In this document: in pieces, positions 14,259 through 26,634 of the stretch | How positions within the stretch are numbered: position 1 is the first letter of the stretch | How the letters are laid out: every line of letters begins with the position of its first letter | Origin: Eledone cirrhosa | Taxonomy: Eukaryota | Length of the DNA: 64,000 nt | Assembly: GCA_964016885.1 (NCBI GenBank) | Contig: OZ024741.1 | Span: forward strand, 156,984,001 to 157,048,000 | Direction: 5' to 3' | Notes under the pieces: model-generated | The model's input: the letters and a program-made list of their open reading frames with translations, nothing else | What the model was told of the DNA's origin: nothing | Database searches by the model: none | Position numbers and translations under genes: made by a program

Positions 14259-14275
14259 GAAGTTATATTTAATTT
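14060..14275 (+). mobile_element. TA-associated element family 2, 3' fragment with mirrored terminus
   Basis: Homologous to 18640-18810 and 61298-61622; terminus ataacttctac is mirrored as gtagaagttat across the (TA)n tract. Confidence 0.75.
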
Positions 14276-14294
14276 GTATATAAATATACATATA

Positions 14295-14414
14295 TATTTC
14301 GTTTCTGAATTTGTTTAGCAAGATTCTTTATCTGAAATCGTGTGTTGAAACCGATATTGTTATACTTTGGGAGGGTCATTTTTATTGGCAACATGACCCT
14401 CCTAAAGTATAACA

Positions 14415-14420
<6 letters not shown>
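14295..14420. repeat. TA-embedded hairpin element, family 3
   Basis: tattgttatactttgggagggtcat / atgaccctcctaaagtataacaata inverted arms; related sequence near 43072 and 58140. Confidence 0.7.
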
Positions 14421-14483
<63 letters not shown>

Positions 14484-14487
<4 letters not shown>

Positions 14488-15195
14488 ACGGAATACTCTT
14501 ATGTTTTACCGGCGAAGATTCGAAACCGAATCTGAGCTTTCTCGCCTCTGGAAGTTCTCACCATTGTCTTGTCAAGACAACGATGATAAATGTACATTCC
14601 ATTTGACCTGTGACCCCAACCTCTTGGGAGACGATAAACACAGGGTTGACCATATATTAACCTCATATATCCATCCTTCTAACTTTAGCACTTATTATAA
14701 ATACAAGGAGTTAAGGAATTCAAAGCAGCAGTCAACGAGATAACGATGTAGCATCAGCAGATCTTTCACTCTGTCTTTCTCCTGGCCCTTACTGGCTTAC
14801 CTCCTCGGCCACCGAAACAGCCAGCCAGACAGCCATGCCTGCCTGACAGATTGACCATTACTACTATGAAAATAAGATATTCTAAGAATAGGCACACACG
14901 CACACATAGTAAATTCATATTGTTACATTATACTCTCATACTATTCTTCCTGCCATATTGTATCTGCAAGACACAACACAACTTATATACTATATCGTAT
15001 TCTCTGATACATGCATTCACGTAGCTCATAGAGCTACCAATTTAATGTAGCGACGGTTTATGTCATAAATAATACTGCTCGATGCGATGTGCAAATCGAA
15101 TATTGTTATTGTAAATAAACATTGTTAACAACTCAATCATGGCATTATTATTTTCATCAAAACTACCACACAAAGAATACAACTTATCCGTTACA
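14484..15195 (+). mobile_element. Solo-LTR-like element in TA tract
   Basis: Ends tataacgga...tccgttaca (short inverted termini, CA end), TATA-like tataaata near 14696, aataaa near 15114; no ORF. Confidence 0.55.
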
Positions 15196-15699
15196 TATAT
15201 ATACATATATATATATTATATATATATATGTGTGTATAATGGATTGATAGTACTGATGACATGATAAAATGCACCAAGTACATGCTGTAAAGTGGTTGGT
15301 GTTAGGAAAGGCATCCAACCATATAAGTCATGTCAAACTGAAACATATGAGAAAGACATGATCATCTGACTCGCCAAGAACTTTTCTATCCCATGCAAGC
15401 ATGGAAAATAGATGGCAAACAGTGATGATGATGACCTATATCATAATCATCATCACTGTTTAACATCCATTTTTCCATACTAGCATGGGTTAGATAAGTT
15501 GTCCCATTGTGGGACAAGTCAGATTAGGTGATCATGTCTTGCTCATCCAGAACTGATTCTGGCTTGGTTTCTACAGCTGGATACCCTTCCTAATGCAAAC
15601 TGCATGTACAGTAGTTTATATATATATATATACAAGTGCGTGTATGTGTGTGTGTGTGTGTGTGTATGTGTGTTATACAGTGTGATGACCCCAGACATC

Positions 15700-18015
15700 A
15701 GGTGTTCAGGATAAAAGATAATGTGTCAGGGAAAATTGTGATGTGGGAGAAAATGTGTTCATGATGACAATTGTGCACTTGCCCTCACTCAGACCAAAAA
15801 GAAGGCAGCATGGAAGTTTCATTATGAGAGATTGATGAATGAGGAAAATCTGTTTGTCCCTCTATAGATGGACTCTACAGCAGTACAAGTTAGTAACAGT
15901 GTAGTAAGGCAATTAAAAGCATGAAAGCAGGCAAAGCAGCAGGGCCATTGGGAATAGTTGCTGCGATACTGAAAGCATCTGAGATGGTAGGACACATGTT
16001 AATTAAGTAATACAAAATGGTACCATACCTAATGACTGGCATAGCAGCATCATTGTCAACTGTTACAAGGGCAAAGGTGATCACTAGACAGAGAGAACTA
16101 TCAAATTGATGGACCAGGTCATAAAATATATAGAAAGAGTCATTGTACAATTGATTAGAGATCAAATTAACCTAGATGAAATGCAGTTTGGATTTGTGTC
16201 AGGAAAAAATACCATGGATGCCACCTTCTTCGTGAGGTAACTGCAGAAGAAGTATCTAGCTAAAAGGCAAACCCCTCGACTTAGTATTTGTTAACCTAGA
16301 AAAGCTTTTGACAGGGTTCCCCATTCTGTAATCTTGTGGGCATTTAGGAAACTAGGAGTAGAAGAGTCGCTAGTGAGGGTGGTACAGGCCATGTACAGAG
16401 GTGCTGTCAGTAAGGTTAAAGTTAATAATGACTATAGCAAGGAGTTTAGTGAGCAAGTTGAGATTCACCAAAGCTCCATTCTTAGCCCTCTCCTGTTTAT
16501 TATTGACCTCCAGGCTATAACAGAAGAGTTTAAAACAGGATGCCCTTGGGAACCCCTGTATGCTGATGATCTAACTCTCAAAGCTGAAGCTATGACAGAA
16601 CTAGAAAAAATATTCCTGACCAGAAATCATAATTTGGAATCAAAAGATTTTAAAGTCAACTTGGAAAAAATCTAAGCTCCAATAAGTAATAAGGAAAATA
16701 AGGCCCTAGTCCCTTCTGGGAAATGTCCCTGCTCAGTGTGTAGGAAAATGGTGGGTAGAAATTCCATCCTCTGTCCCAAATGGAAGCTATGTGTACACAA
16801 GGGATGTAGTGGGAATTCAGATATGTTAGATAAAAACGTAGGTTTTCCTTGTGGCCGTTGCACAGGAGCAATAAGCAACAAACACTCACAGGAGACAAGT
16901 GCTGTCAAATTCTTTGAAAGTTCCATAGTAGTAGTTAACAGCTTCTGTTACCTGGGTGACCAAATTAGCCATTCAGGAGGGTGTGCCAAAAGTATGGTAG
17001 CCAGAGGGAGAAAGAAATGGAAAAAAATTCAGTGAGCTAATACTGCTGCTAACTACAAAAGTGTTTTCAATCAAAATGAAGGGCAGATTGTATGATGCAT
17101 ATATATGCACAGCAATTGAACATGATAGTGAGACCCGAGCACTGTGTGCAGAGGACCTGCGAAGATTGGAAATAAATGAAGATTGGAAATAAATGTTTCA
17201 ATAGATGTCTAACAGTAATATATATGAATGACAATGCATAAATGAACTGTGAGAGAAACGGGACATAAGAGAGATCAAAAGCAGTGTGCGGGAGAGGAGA
17301 TTGCATTAGTATGGACATGTGATGCATATTCCAGATGACAGCTGTATAAAAAGATGCAGGGTGCTCAAAGTTTATGGAAGCTATGGAGTAGGAAAACCTA
17401 AGAAGACTTGGGATGAGGTAATAAAATCTGACCTTGCATCATTACACTTCTCAAAGGCGATGACACAGGATTGAGATCTCTAGCATTATGAAGTAATACA
17501 AAAGACAAGCATTCCTGTGTGCATAGGTTAAGGCAAAAATCTAGTATGCACTACTCTCCTTTACCTTCCATTTCCAAACAATTCTGATGTCCTAACACCC
17601 CTTCCTTGATCCACCCCTCATCTGATAAGTGCCCCACACTAGATCTACTTTTCTAATTCCCATGCACCTTCCTCACCCCAGTCGTCACTGTAAAGTGGTC
17701 ATGTAGGTAGGTGTCACAACAAAAAGCACTCTGTTCATACTGTAAAGTGGCTTTGAAGGTGTCATGACAAAAAGCACCCAGTCCACACTTTAAAGTGGTC
17801 ATTTTGGTGCCATGATAAAAAGCACCCAGAACACACACTGTAAATCTGGTTGCCATTAGGACGAGCATCCAGCCATAGAAACCAAGCCCAAATCAGTCAA
17901 GTGTGAGCAGCAGGACACAGTCATCTGATCTGGCTTGGCTCACATCTGGACAGCTTGTCTAACCGATGCTAGCATGGAAAAATGGACGTTAAACGGTGAT
18001 GATGATGATGATGAT
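15700..18015 (+). mobile_element. Degenerate RTE LINE, 5'-truncated
   Basis: ORFs 16334-16675 and 16736-17035 are homologous to the RT ORF at 22701; repeated 3' UTR units; (GAT)n tail. Confidence 0.92.
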
Positions 18016-18065
<50 letters not shown>

Positions 18066-18400
18066 AATAAGACAATCACAGAGATACAATAACATAGAGT
18101 CACATTAGTTTCATGTCGCAAAAGCAAATGAATGTTTCAACTTATCGGACATTAGTCCTTCATCAGGAAAGGGTGAAGTATGGAGAAAGAGGGGGTTGGA
18201 AGGTTGAAAAAAAAATTGAGAAAGAAAAACGGTTTTCATCAGGATGGATGAGGAGGGAAGGCAAGTAATTTGGTGTGCAGAGGTGAGGGCCAAGGCAGAG
18301 AGTCCTGGTCTATCACTGGAACCGGTATCTGTATGCAGATAGAGTGCATTTTGTGATTGTACATTTTATTTTTCTGAACATGTGTGTGTATATGTATGTT

Positions 18401-18438
<38 letters not shown>

Positions 18439-18440
18439 TA

Positions 18441-18811
18441 CAATGATATTAAATAAATGGAAACTATATTTATAAAACCATATTTATTCTATTATATATA
18501 TTTCAAGGGTACCAAAACTTTAGTACGCTCTGATCACAAGTTTTCCTGGATAGAAAAACTTGAACTGTTAAGATCTTCTTCCTGGATATGTCAATATTTA
18601 TAAAACAAACGTTGTATTTTATCTGATGAGAGTGTACTAAAGTTTTGGTACCCTTGAAATATATAGAATAGAATGAATATGGTTTTATAAATATAGTTTC
18701 CATTTATTTAATATCATTGAATATTATACTTCAGAAAACCTATCGAGTGCTTCGAATCAGTTATAAACATATATTTGTTGAATTACCAACAAATTAACTA
18801 TTCCTTTTGTT
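18441..18811 (+). mobile_element. TA-embedded fold-back element, family 2, with hammerhead-like core at 18617-18672
   Basis: Inverted arms 18441-18535 and 18623-18719 plus tail; ttttat-CTGATGA-stem II-GAAATATATAGA-atagaa (cleavage triplet mutated in this arm, intact in the inverted arm). Confidence 0.82.
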
Positions 18812-18827
18812 TATATATATAGATATA

Positions 18828-19207
18828 TATCAAAATGAAAATCCGAAGGCAAGGTAAAATTTCCAATCATTTAATCACGACACATGTTTCAATAAGAGAT
18901 AGCTCGATCGTGAAGCCATGATCATTTATCACTGATCTCATCAGGTGAAAATGAATTGTCTTCAAATTCTTGATGTGAGGGAGAAAATTAGCAATGTTCA
19001 CTCACAGAGTTTATGAGGGAATAAACTCTGTGAGTGAACATTGCTAATTTTCTCCCTCACATCAAGAATTTGAAGACAATTCATTTTCACCTGATGAGAT
19101 CAGTGATAAATGATCATGGCTTCACGATCGAGCTATCTCTTATTGAAACATGTGTCGTGATTAAATGATTGGAAATTTTACCTTGCCTTCGGATTTTCAT
19201 TTTGATA
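18828..19207. mobile_element. Apparently perfect 187-bp-arm inverted repeat carrying a hammerhead motif in each arm
   Basis: Arms 18828-19014 and 19021-19207, 6-nt spacer gaggga; no mismatch seen by eye. Confidence 0.92.
19087..19160 (+). ncRNA. Minimal type I hammerhead ribozyme motif (mirror copy 18875-18948 on minus strand)
   Basis: tcac-CTGATGA-[extended stem II]-GAAAC-ATGT-GTC-gtga; stem I tcac/gtga, palindromic stem III loop, GUC triplet. Confidence 0.78.
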
Positions 19208-19210
19208 CAT

Positions 19211-19550
19211 GGAGGCACATGGCTTAGTGGTTAGAGCATTGGCCTTGCAATCGAAAGGTTGTGAGTTCAATTCTCAGACCGGGCAATGTGTTGTTTCCTT
19301 GAGCAAGGCACTTTATTTCACATTTCTCCAGTTTACTCAGCTGTAGAAATGAGATGATAGAGACTGGAGTCCCTATCATTCCACTGTAAAGTGGTCGTGT
19401 AGGCGCCACAGAAAAAAAGCACCCAGCACTCACTGTAAATGAGGTTGGTGTTAGGAAGGGCATCCAGCTGTAGAAATCAAGCCAGAATCAGTTCCCATCC
19501 CACCCTTGCAAGCAGGGAAAAGTGGACGTAAAATGATGATGATGGTGATG
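19211..19550 (+). mobile_element. tRNA-derived SINE family B with RTE-derived 3' end
   Basis: A box tggcttagtgg, B box gagttcaattc; 3' part matches RTE 3' UTR; (GAT)n tail; second copy at 45204-45625. Confidence 0.9.
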
Positions 19551-19824
19551 ATAATAATACTCCGTTTTACATCATCTAGCTGTTCCCTTGAATGGAATTG
19601 GAGATATACTAAAGCGTGAAGAACTTAATATTGCTAAAAAAAATTTATTGGACCGTTTTGCACAACCAATAATGCGCCTTACTATATAATAACTATAGAT
19701 ATATATTTATGGATCAAAGGTTGTAGAAAGATCACAGAGGCTGAGATGTTGATATTCAATATTTCATTTATTGCTAATTCTAATGTATTTTAATGCAACT
19801 GTCGTTGCCTGTATATGTATGTAA

Positions 19825-19881
<57 letters not shown>

Positions 19882-19884
<3 letters not shown>

Positions 19885-20016
19885 GATCTAGCTGTCGAAA
19901 CGACCAGAGCTCAGCCGTTAGGGTCCTGACTCTTTCATATTTCCCATTCTACTACTCTAAGTATTGAGTACTCTGGTGCGTTACGGCCCACCTGGTATCT
20001 TACCACACCTTCTTTG

Positions 20017-20018
<2 letters not shown>
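19882..20018 (+). mobile_element. TA-embedded element, family 1-related, single-arm fragment
   Basis: Shares ctaagtattgagtactctggtgcgtta...cttaccacac with 62250-62310. Confidence 0.8.
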
Positions 20019-20052
<34 letters not shown>

Positions 20053-20054
<2 letters not shown>

Positions 20055-20492
20055 GATAACAAGTTATCATTTTAGGTAATCCAGTTAGAGGTTGTGAGTA
20101 CGCTGTACTATGGATCGTTTTAACGTAAGGCGTTGTTTGACTCAACAAGGGGTTTCCTTAGTTAGGTAGCAAGTTTGCGAGAATTCTCATGTAGGTTATT
20201 CTTGTAGTAATAATAGTGAAAGAGTGGAGAATAACATGGTCGGCTGTACAAAAAGAGTTTTATTAACAGTATTAATTGTTTCATTGATCAGGTGAGTGTA
20301 AAGGCCGCTGATCACTCGAAATTGTGTCACTCAACCTTAAATACAGTGTGCGTCTCTGATAAAATCATTGGAATACTGGTATTCTGATGATTTAATCAGA
20401 GGCACACACTGTATTCTGAAGAAACAATTGTAATTACTGTAAATAAAACCCTTTCTGTACAGCCGACCATGTTATTCTCCACTCTTTCACTA
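20053..20492 (-). mobile_element. TA-embedded fold-back element with hammerhead motif (20378-20438, + strand)
   Basis: Inverted arms ~20214-20282 and ~20421-20492; ggtatt-CTGATGA-...-GAAAC-AATT-GTA-attact. Confidence 0.78.
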
Positions 20493-20511
20493 TATCTATA
20501 TATATATTTAT

Positions 20512-20685
20512 ATATAAATCATAGTAATGAGAGAAAGACAAATAATAAAATATGTCAGATTCTGACGTATTTTATTATGTCCTTCTCCCATTACTATGAT
20601 TTATAAAGAGCTCAGAACAGAACGTGTTCCTTGAGCTTATTGGATCATAGGGGATTATTGTGAGGTTTTAACTTGACCTTTTAAT
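20512..20685 (+). mobile_element. TA-embedded fold-back element (hairpin ~20512-20605 plus tail)
   Basis: tataaatcatagtaatg...cattactatgatttata arms; tail recurs inverted at 24633-24720. Confidence 0.8.
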
Positions 20686-20696
20686 ATATATATATA

Positions 20697-20812
<116 letters not shown>

Positions 20813-23800
20813 GGTATCTTAGTTCCTATGACGTTACTATTGTTAATATTACTGCTGTTTTAACTTCGGATATTTACCATGCGGTATTCTAATTCTATCG
20901 TATCTCTCTCGGTTATTTACCATGCGGATCTCTCTCGGTTATTTACCATGCGGCCCTCAGTGCCCACCTTACAATTTCCCTCCCACCCACCCCCACACAC
21001 CACCATAGCCTATTCGACCAATCAAACCTCAGCATGCCATTTCCGCTGCTGCTGCTGCTACTACCTACCTAACTAACTCTCTCCTCCTCTGGCGCAGCCC
21101 AACACACCCTGCCATTACCCCACCACCACTGTTCTTCTAGCCCTCAATTTTCCCACCGTTATGGATGGATGAGCTGAGAATACATTTGAGCAACTCTGAA
21201 TCAATAGATGAAATATGAATCTGCGAGCTACCAAGCACCCACGTGAAGCGCCAACCCAGAGACCCTCCCCTACGAGTGTCGACAAATGCCCAAAACTCCG
21301 AGTTGGTACCATCAATGTAGGCTCAATGAAAGGAAGAGCAGGAGAAATCGTAGAAATGCTAGAGCGAAAGGAAGTTGATGTATGCTGTGTGCAAGAGACT
21401 AGATGGAGAGGAGAGTCTGCTAGAGTCCTTGTAGGAAAAAGTCAGTGCTACAAATTTTTCTGGGTGGGAAATGACGATGGGATGGGTGGTGTAGGTATAC
21501 TATTAGCTGACAAGTGGGTAGATAAAGTAATCTCAGTGTACAGGGTAAATGCAAGAATCATTAAACTCAGACTAGTCCTGAATAAGACAATTACCACAAT
21601 AATATCAGCTTACGCACCCCAATCGGGGCTGCCAGACGAACTTAAGGATAGGTTTTACGAGTCCCTAATACACACTACTGCTCTAACAGACGACAAGGAC
21701 TTCCTAATCATTGCAGGAGATTTTAACGGACACGTAGGTAAACACTGCGACGGCTTCAATAGAATACATGGAGGCCACGGAGTTGGCACAAGGAATGAGG
21801 AAGGATTCAGACTTCTAGAATTCTGCGACGCCAATGACATGTCGATATGTAACGTAAACTTTAAAAAAACCGACAACCACCTGATCACCTATAGATCAGG
21901 GGAGCACTCTAGTCAGTTAGATTTTATCCTCATCAGAGGACGTGACAGATGGACGGTCGTAAACACAAAAGCCTTCCCTAGTGAGGAATGTACATCCCAA
22001 CATAGCTTAGTTGTCAGCGACCTCACGGTCAGAACTAGACGAGCCCTGAAACAGAGGCCAACCTGGAGAAGAAAGATCTGGAAGCTGAAAGACCCCTCAA
22101 CCAGTAACAGATTTAAAGATATTTTACTCAACGCCTACGACAGTAAAGAAGAACAGATAGAGACATTTAATGTAGAAGAGAACTGGGAGTTCCTAAAAAA
22201 TAATTTACTAGAGGTGACGGACGAGGTCTGTGGCTGGAGTAAGACCTCAAGCAGGAGGAGAGTGACTTGGTGGTGGAACAATAAGGTAGATGAAGCAGTC
22301 AAGGCCAAGAGACAGGCATGGAAAGAATGGAAGAACGGGGGGAGCAGGGTACATTAGATAGAGACCAAGAGGGAAGCTAGGCGACAAGTATATTTAGCTA
22401 GGAGGGAAGCAGAGGATAGAAAATGTTTTACAATGTGAGGACCAGAAACAGGAGGTATTCAAGATTGCGAGGCAGTGTGTCAGAGATAGTTGTGATGTCA
22501 TTGGAGAGAAGTGTATCCGGAATGATAAAGGTGAGCTTGCCCTCACAAGTGCTGAGAAGAAAGATGCATGGAATAGTCATTATGATAGATTACTAAATGA
22601 GGAGAATGCATGGGAAGAAGAGACCCTACCCCAAGTAGACCCTATAGAGGGACCAGCAGTACAAGTCAGCGGCAGCGTAGTAAGTAAGGCAATCAGAGAT
22701 ATGAAGATGGGGAAGGCAACCGGTCCATCGGGTATAGCTGCCGAGATGCTGAAGGCAGCTGGGTCTGTAGGTCACACTATAACCACACATATCGTTAACC
22801 AGGTAATACTAGAAGGGGCCATACCAAAAGATTGGTGCAGTAGCATCATTGTCAACTGCTACAAAGGCAAAGGCGACGCACTAGATAGAGGAAACTATAG
22901 AGGTATAAAGTTGATGGACCAGGTCATGAAAGTAACAGAAAGAGTTATAGCACAGCTGATTAGGGACCGGGTGAATATAGACGAGATGCAATTTGGGTTT
23001 GTACCAGGAAGAGGCACCACTGATGCCCTCTTCCTTGTGAGGCAATTACAGGAAAAGTACCTAGCTAAAAGTAAGCCACTCTACTTGGCATTTGTCGACC
23101 TTGAGAAAGCCTTTGACAGAGTTCCACTTGCTGTAATCTGGTGGGCTCTTAGAAAACTAGGAGTAGATGAATGGCTTGTGAAAGCGGTACAAGCCATGTA
23201 TAGGGGAGCAGTCAGCAAAGTTAGGATTAGCAATGAGTATAGCGAGGAATTTAGCGTACAGGTTGGGGTCCACCAGGGCTCTGTTCTTAGCCCTCTCCTT
23301 TTCATCATAGTCCTGCAGGCAATAACGGAGGAATTTAAGACCGGATGCCCATGGGAACTCCTATATGCCGATGACCTCGCACTCATAGCTGAATCTATGA
23401 TAGAACTAGAGAATAAATTCCAAACCTGGAAGCAGGGACTAGAGAGAAAGGGTTTCAAAGTCAACATGACAAAGACTAAGGTCCTTGTAAGTAGACGAGA
23501 AAACAGAACCCAGATCCCCTCAGGGAAATGGCCTTGCTCAGTATGTAGGAAAGGTGTAGGTAGGAACTCCATTCTCTGCCTCAAATGCAAACAATGGGTA
23601 CACAAGAGATGTAGCGGGATCTCAGGAAGCTTAATTAAGAATGTAGGATTCACATGCAGCAGCTGTGCTGAAACAGCAAGCAGCAAACAGCCACAGGAAA
23701 CAAGTACCACCAATCTCTGGGAGGGCCCTGTAGAAACAGTAGACAGCTTCTGCTACCTAGGTGACCGAATTAGCAACGGAGGTGGGTGTTCAGAAAGTAC

Positions 23801-24633
23801 AATAACTAGGGTAAGAACGGGATGGAAGAAGTTTAGGGAACTACTACCACTGCTAGCTGCAAAAGGCTTCTCCCTCAGAATGAAAGGCAGACTGTATGAT
23901 GCGTGTATCCGAACAGCGGTGTTGCATGGTAGTGAGATCTGGGCGCTGAAGGTGGAAGACTTACATAGATTAGAGAGAAACGAAGCCTGCATGCTCCGAT
24001 GGATGTGTAATAGTAATATACGTGAACGACAAAGCATAAATGAATTGAGAGAGAGACTGAGCATAAGAGGAATCAAATGCTGTGTGCAGGAGAGGCGGTT
24101 GCGCTGGTATGGACATGTGATGCGTATGAAGGATGACAGCTGCATAAAAAGGTGCAGAGCACTAGAAGTTGATGGAAACCGCGGAGTGGGGAGACCAAAG
24201 ATGACCTGGGATGAGGTGATAAAAGCCGACCTTACCCAATTACACCTCTCAAAGACAATGACACACGACCGTGACTTCTGGCGTCATGCAGTAATACAGA
24301 GTACCCGACCTCCCATGGGTACATGCTGAAGCATATAAACAATATGCCCCCACACTCCCACCGCAAGGTGGTCGTGGAGGTGCCACGGCAAAAAAAGCAC
24401 CCAGCCCACACTGTAAAGTGGACGTGTAGGCGCTACGAAAAAGCACCCAGCACTCACTGTAAATGAGGTTGGTGTTAGGAAGGGCATCCAGCTGTAGAAA
24501 TCAAGCCAGATCAGTTCCTGTATGAGCAAGGCATGGTCAGCCGACCAGACACTGCACACAACAGGACAACCCGTCTAACCCATGCTAGCGTGGAAGAACG
24601 GACGTAAAACGGTGATGATGATGATGATGATGA
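20813..24633 (+). mobile_element. Near full-length RTE-clade LINE (APE endonuclease, RT, PHD-like finger), inactivated
   Basis: ORF 21215-22357 APE motifs (TINVGSM, VQETRW, AYAPQ, GDFNGHVG, SQLDFIL, SQHSLV); ORF 22701-24329 RT motifs (NYRGIKL, QFGF, FVDLEKAFDRVP, GVHQGSVLSP, YADD); stop at 22355 and probable frameshift near 22430; (GAT)n tail. Confidence 0.96.
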
Positions 24634-25187
24634 TTAAAAGGTCAAGTTAAAACCTCACAATGATCCCCTATGATCCAATAAGCCCAAGGAACACATTCTG
24701 AGCTCTTTATAAATCATAGTGGTATTTTTCTTTTGGTTGTAAGAGGCTTAACTCTGTTTCTTGACCGCTGTATCATGTGATAAGTTCCCCCTCTTCCTTT
24801 CCAGGATTCTCTCTCATGCCTTGCGGACGTGTTTTGAAACTTTTAATGAGGTATTCTCTTGATAAGTTGGCAAACCTCACAAAAATACTGCATCTCTATG
24901 ATGCAATGTTTTTGCAAAGTAGCCATGAAACTGTGCAGTCGAGGATGTTGAAGAATATTGGGTATATATATTTTTTTGTTTATGTGTAATGTTTCTCCTT
25001 TCTTTATAATGTATTATATAGCTTTGATATTGAGTCAATCTAATTCATTCAGATTATTTTGTCCCTATTAATCATAGAGCAACAACGGTTAAGGTTGGCA
25101 CCACACAAATTCAGGGATATATGTGTGTATATGCATGTATATGTATGTGTTCGCATGTATCTGTGTATTTCTTTTTATTGTATATAT

Positions 25188-26547
25188 AGAGGAGTTCAAG
25201 ACCGGCTGCCCATGGGAATTCCTATATGCAGATGATCTAACGCTCATAGATGAATCAATGGCAGAACTAGAGAAGAAATTCCAAACATGGAAGCATGGCC
25301 TAGAATCAAAAGGCCTTAAAGTTAACTTGTCTAAGACTAAAGTTTTAGTTTGTAGGAAGGAAAATAGGGCACCGGTCCCATCTGGGAAATGGCCATGCTC
25401 AGTGTGTAGGAAAGGAGTGGGCAGAAACTCCATTTTATGTCCCAAATACAAAGTATGGGTGCATAAAAGATGTAGTGGGATCACAGGTAAGCTAACTAAG
25501 AATACAGATTTTATATGTGGCCGGTGCTCTGGCAATAAGTAGCAGCAAGTGCCCACAGAATACTAGCTCATTCCATTGCACAGATGGTTCTATAGAAATA
25601 GTGGACAGCTTCCGTTATCTGGGTGACAAAATCAGCAGTGGGGTAGGGTGCTCTGAAAGTACAGTAGCTAGAGTCAGAATGGGATGGAAAAAGTTCAGAG
25701 AGCTTATAACACTATTGGCCGCTAAAGGGTTCTCTCTAAAAATGAAAGGCAGGCTGTATGATGCCTGCATACGAACAGCAATGTTACATGGCAGTGTGAC
25801 CTGAGCATTGTGTGCAGAGGATATACGCAGACTGGAGAGAAACAAAGATTGCATGCTCCGCTGGATGTGTAATAGTAATTTACGTGAACGGCAAAGCATA
25901 AACGAACTAAGGGAGAAATTAGGAATAAGAGGGATCAGATGTTGTTTACTCGAGAGAAGACTACGTTGGTATAGTCACGTGATGCGCATGAAAGACGACA
26001 GCTGTATAAAAAAGTGCAGGGCGATAAAAATAGACGGTAGCCACGGAGTAGGCAGACCCAGAAAAACCTGGGACGAGCTGATAAATTCCGACCTCACACA
26101 CTTACACCTCTCCAAGACATTGTCACTGGACCGAGATCTTTGGCGCTACACAGTTATTCAGAAGACCCGCCTTGCCTAAGTACAAAGCGAAACCTACAGT
26201 CAGTAGGCACCTCTAACAAAATACACCCCCATCCCACTACCCCCACTCCATCCACACCACCGCCTTAAATGTGAAGTTATGTTGGTACCACAACATCCAG
26301 TCTGAAACAAATGAGGTTGTGTAGGTGTCACGACAAAAAATACACAGTCCACGCGGTAATGTGGCCGTGTAACACAGTAAAAACCTCCCAGTTCACACTG
26401 TAAACGTGGTTGGTGTTGGGAAGGGCATCCTGCCGTAGAAAACCCGCCAGACAGGCCTGAGCAAGACAACCAATCTTGCCTCAAGTGGGACAATTCCCGT
26501 CCAGACCCATGCTAGCGTGGAAAATGGACGTTAAACGATGATGATGA

Positions 26548-26550
<3 letters not shown>
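25188..26550 (+). mobile_element. 5'-truncated RTE LINE
   Basis: ORFs 25123-25542, 25517-25804 and 25808-26179; same subfamily as 2868-4032. Confidence 0.93.

Positions 26551-26634
<84 letters not shown>

Noticed and set aside
19211-19285. tRNA gene
   Set aside because: A and B boxes are present but continue into a SINE body and LINE-derived tail; multi-copy.
23081-24145. Long antisense ORFs over the RTE
   Set aside because: Shadow frames of the RT coding strand.
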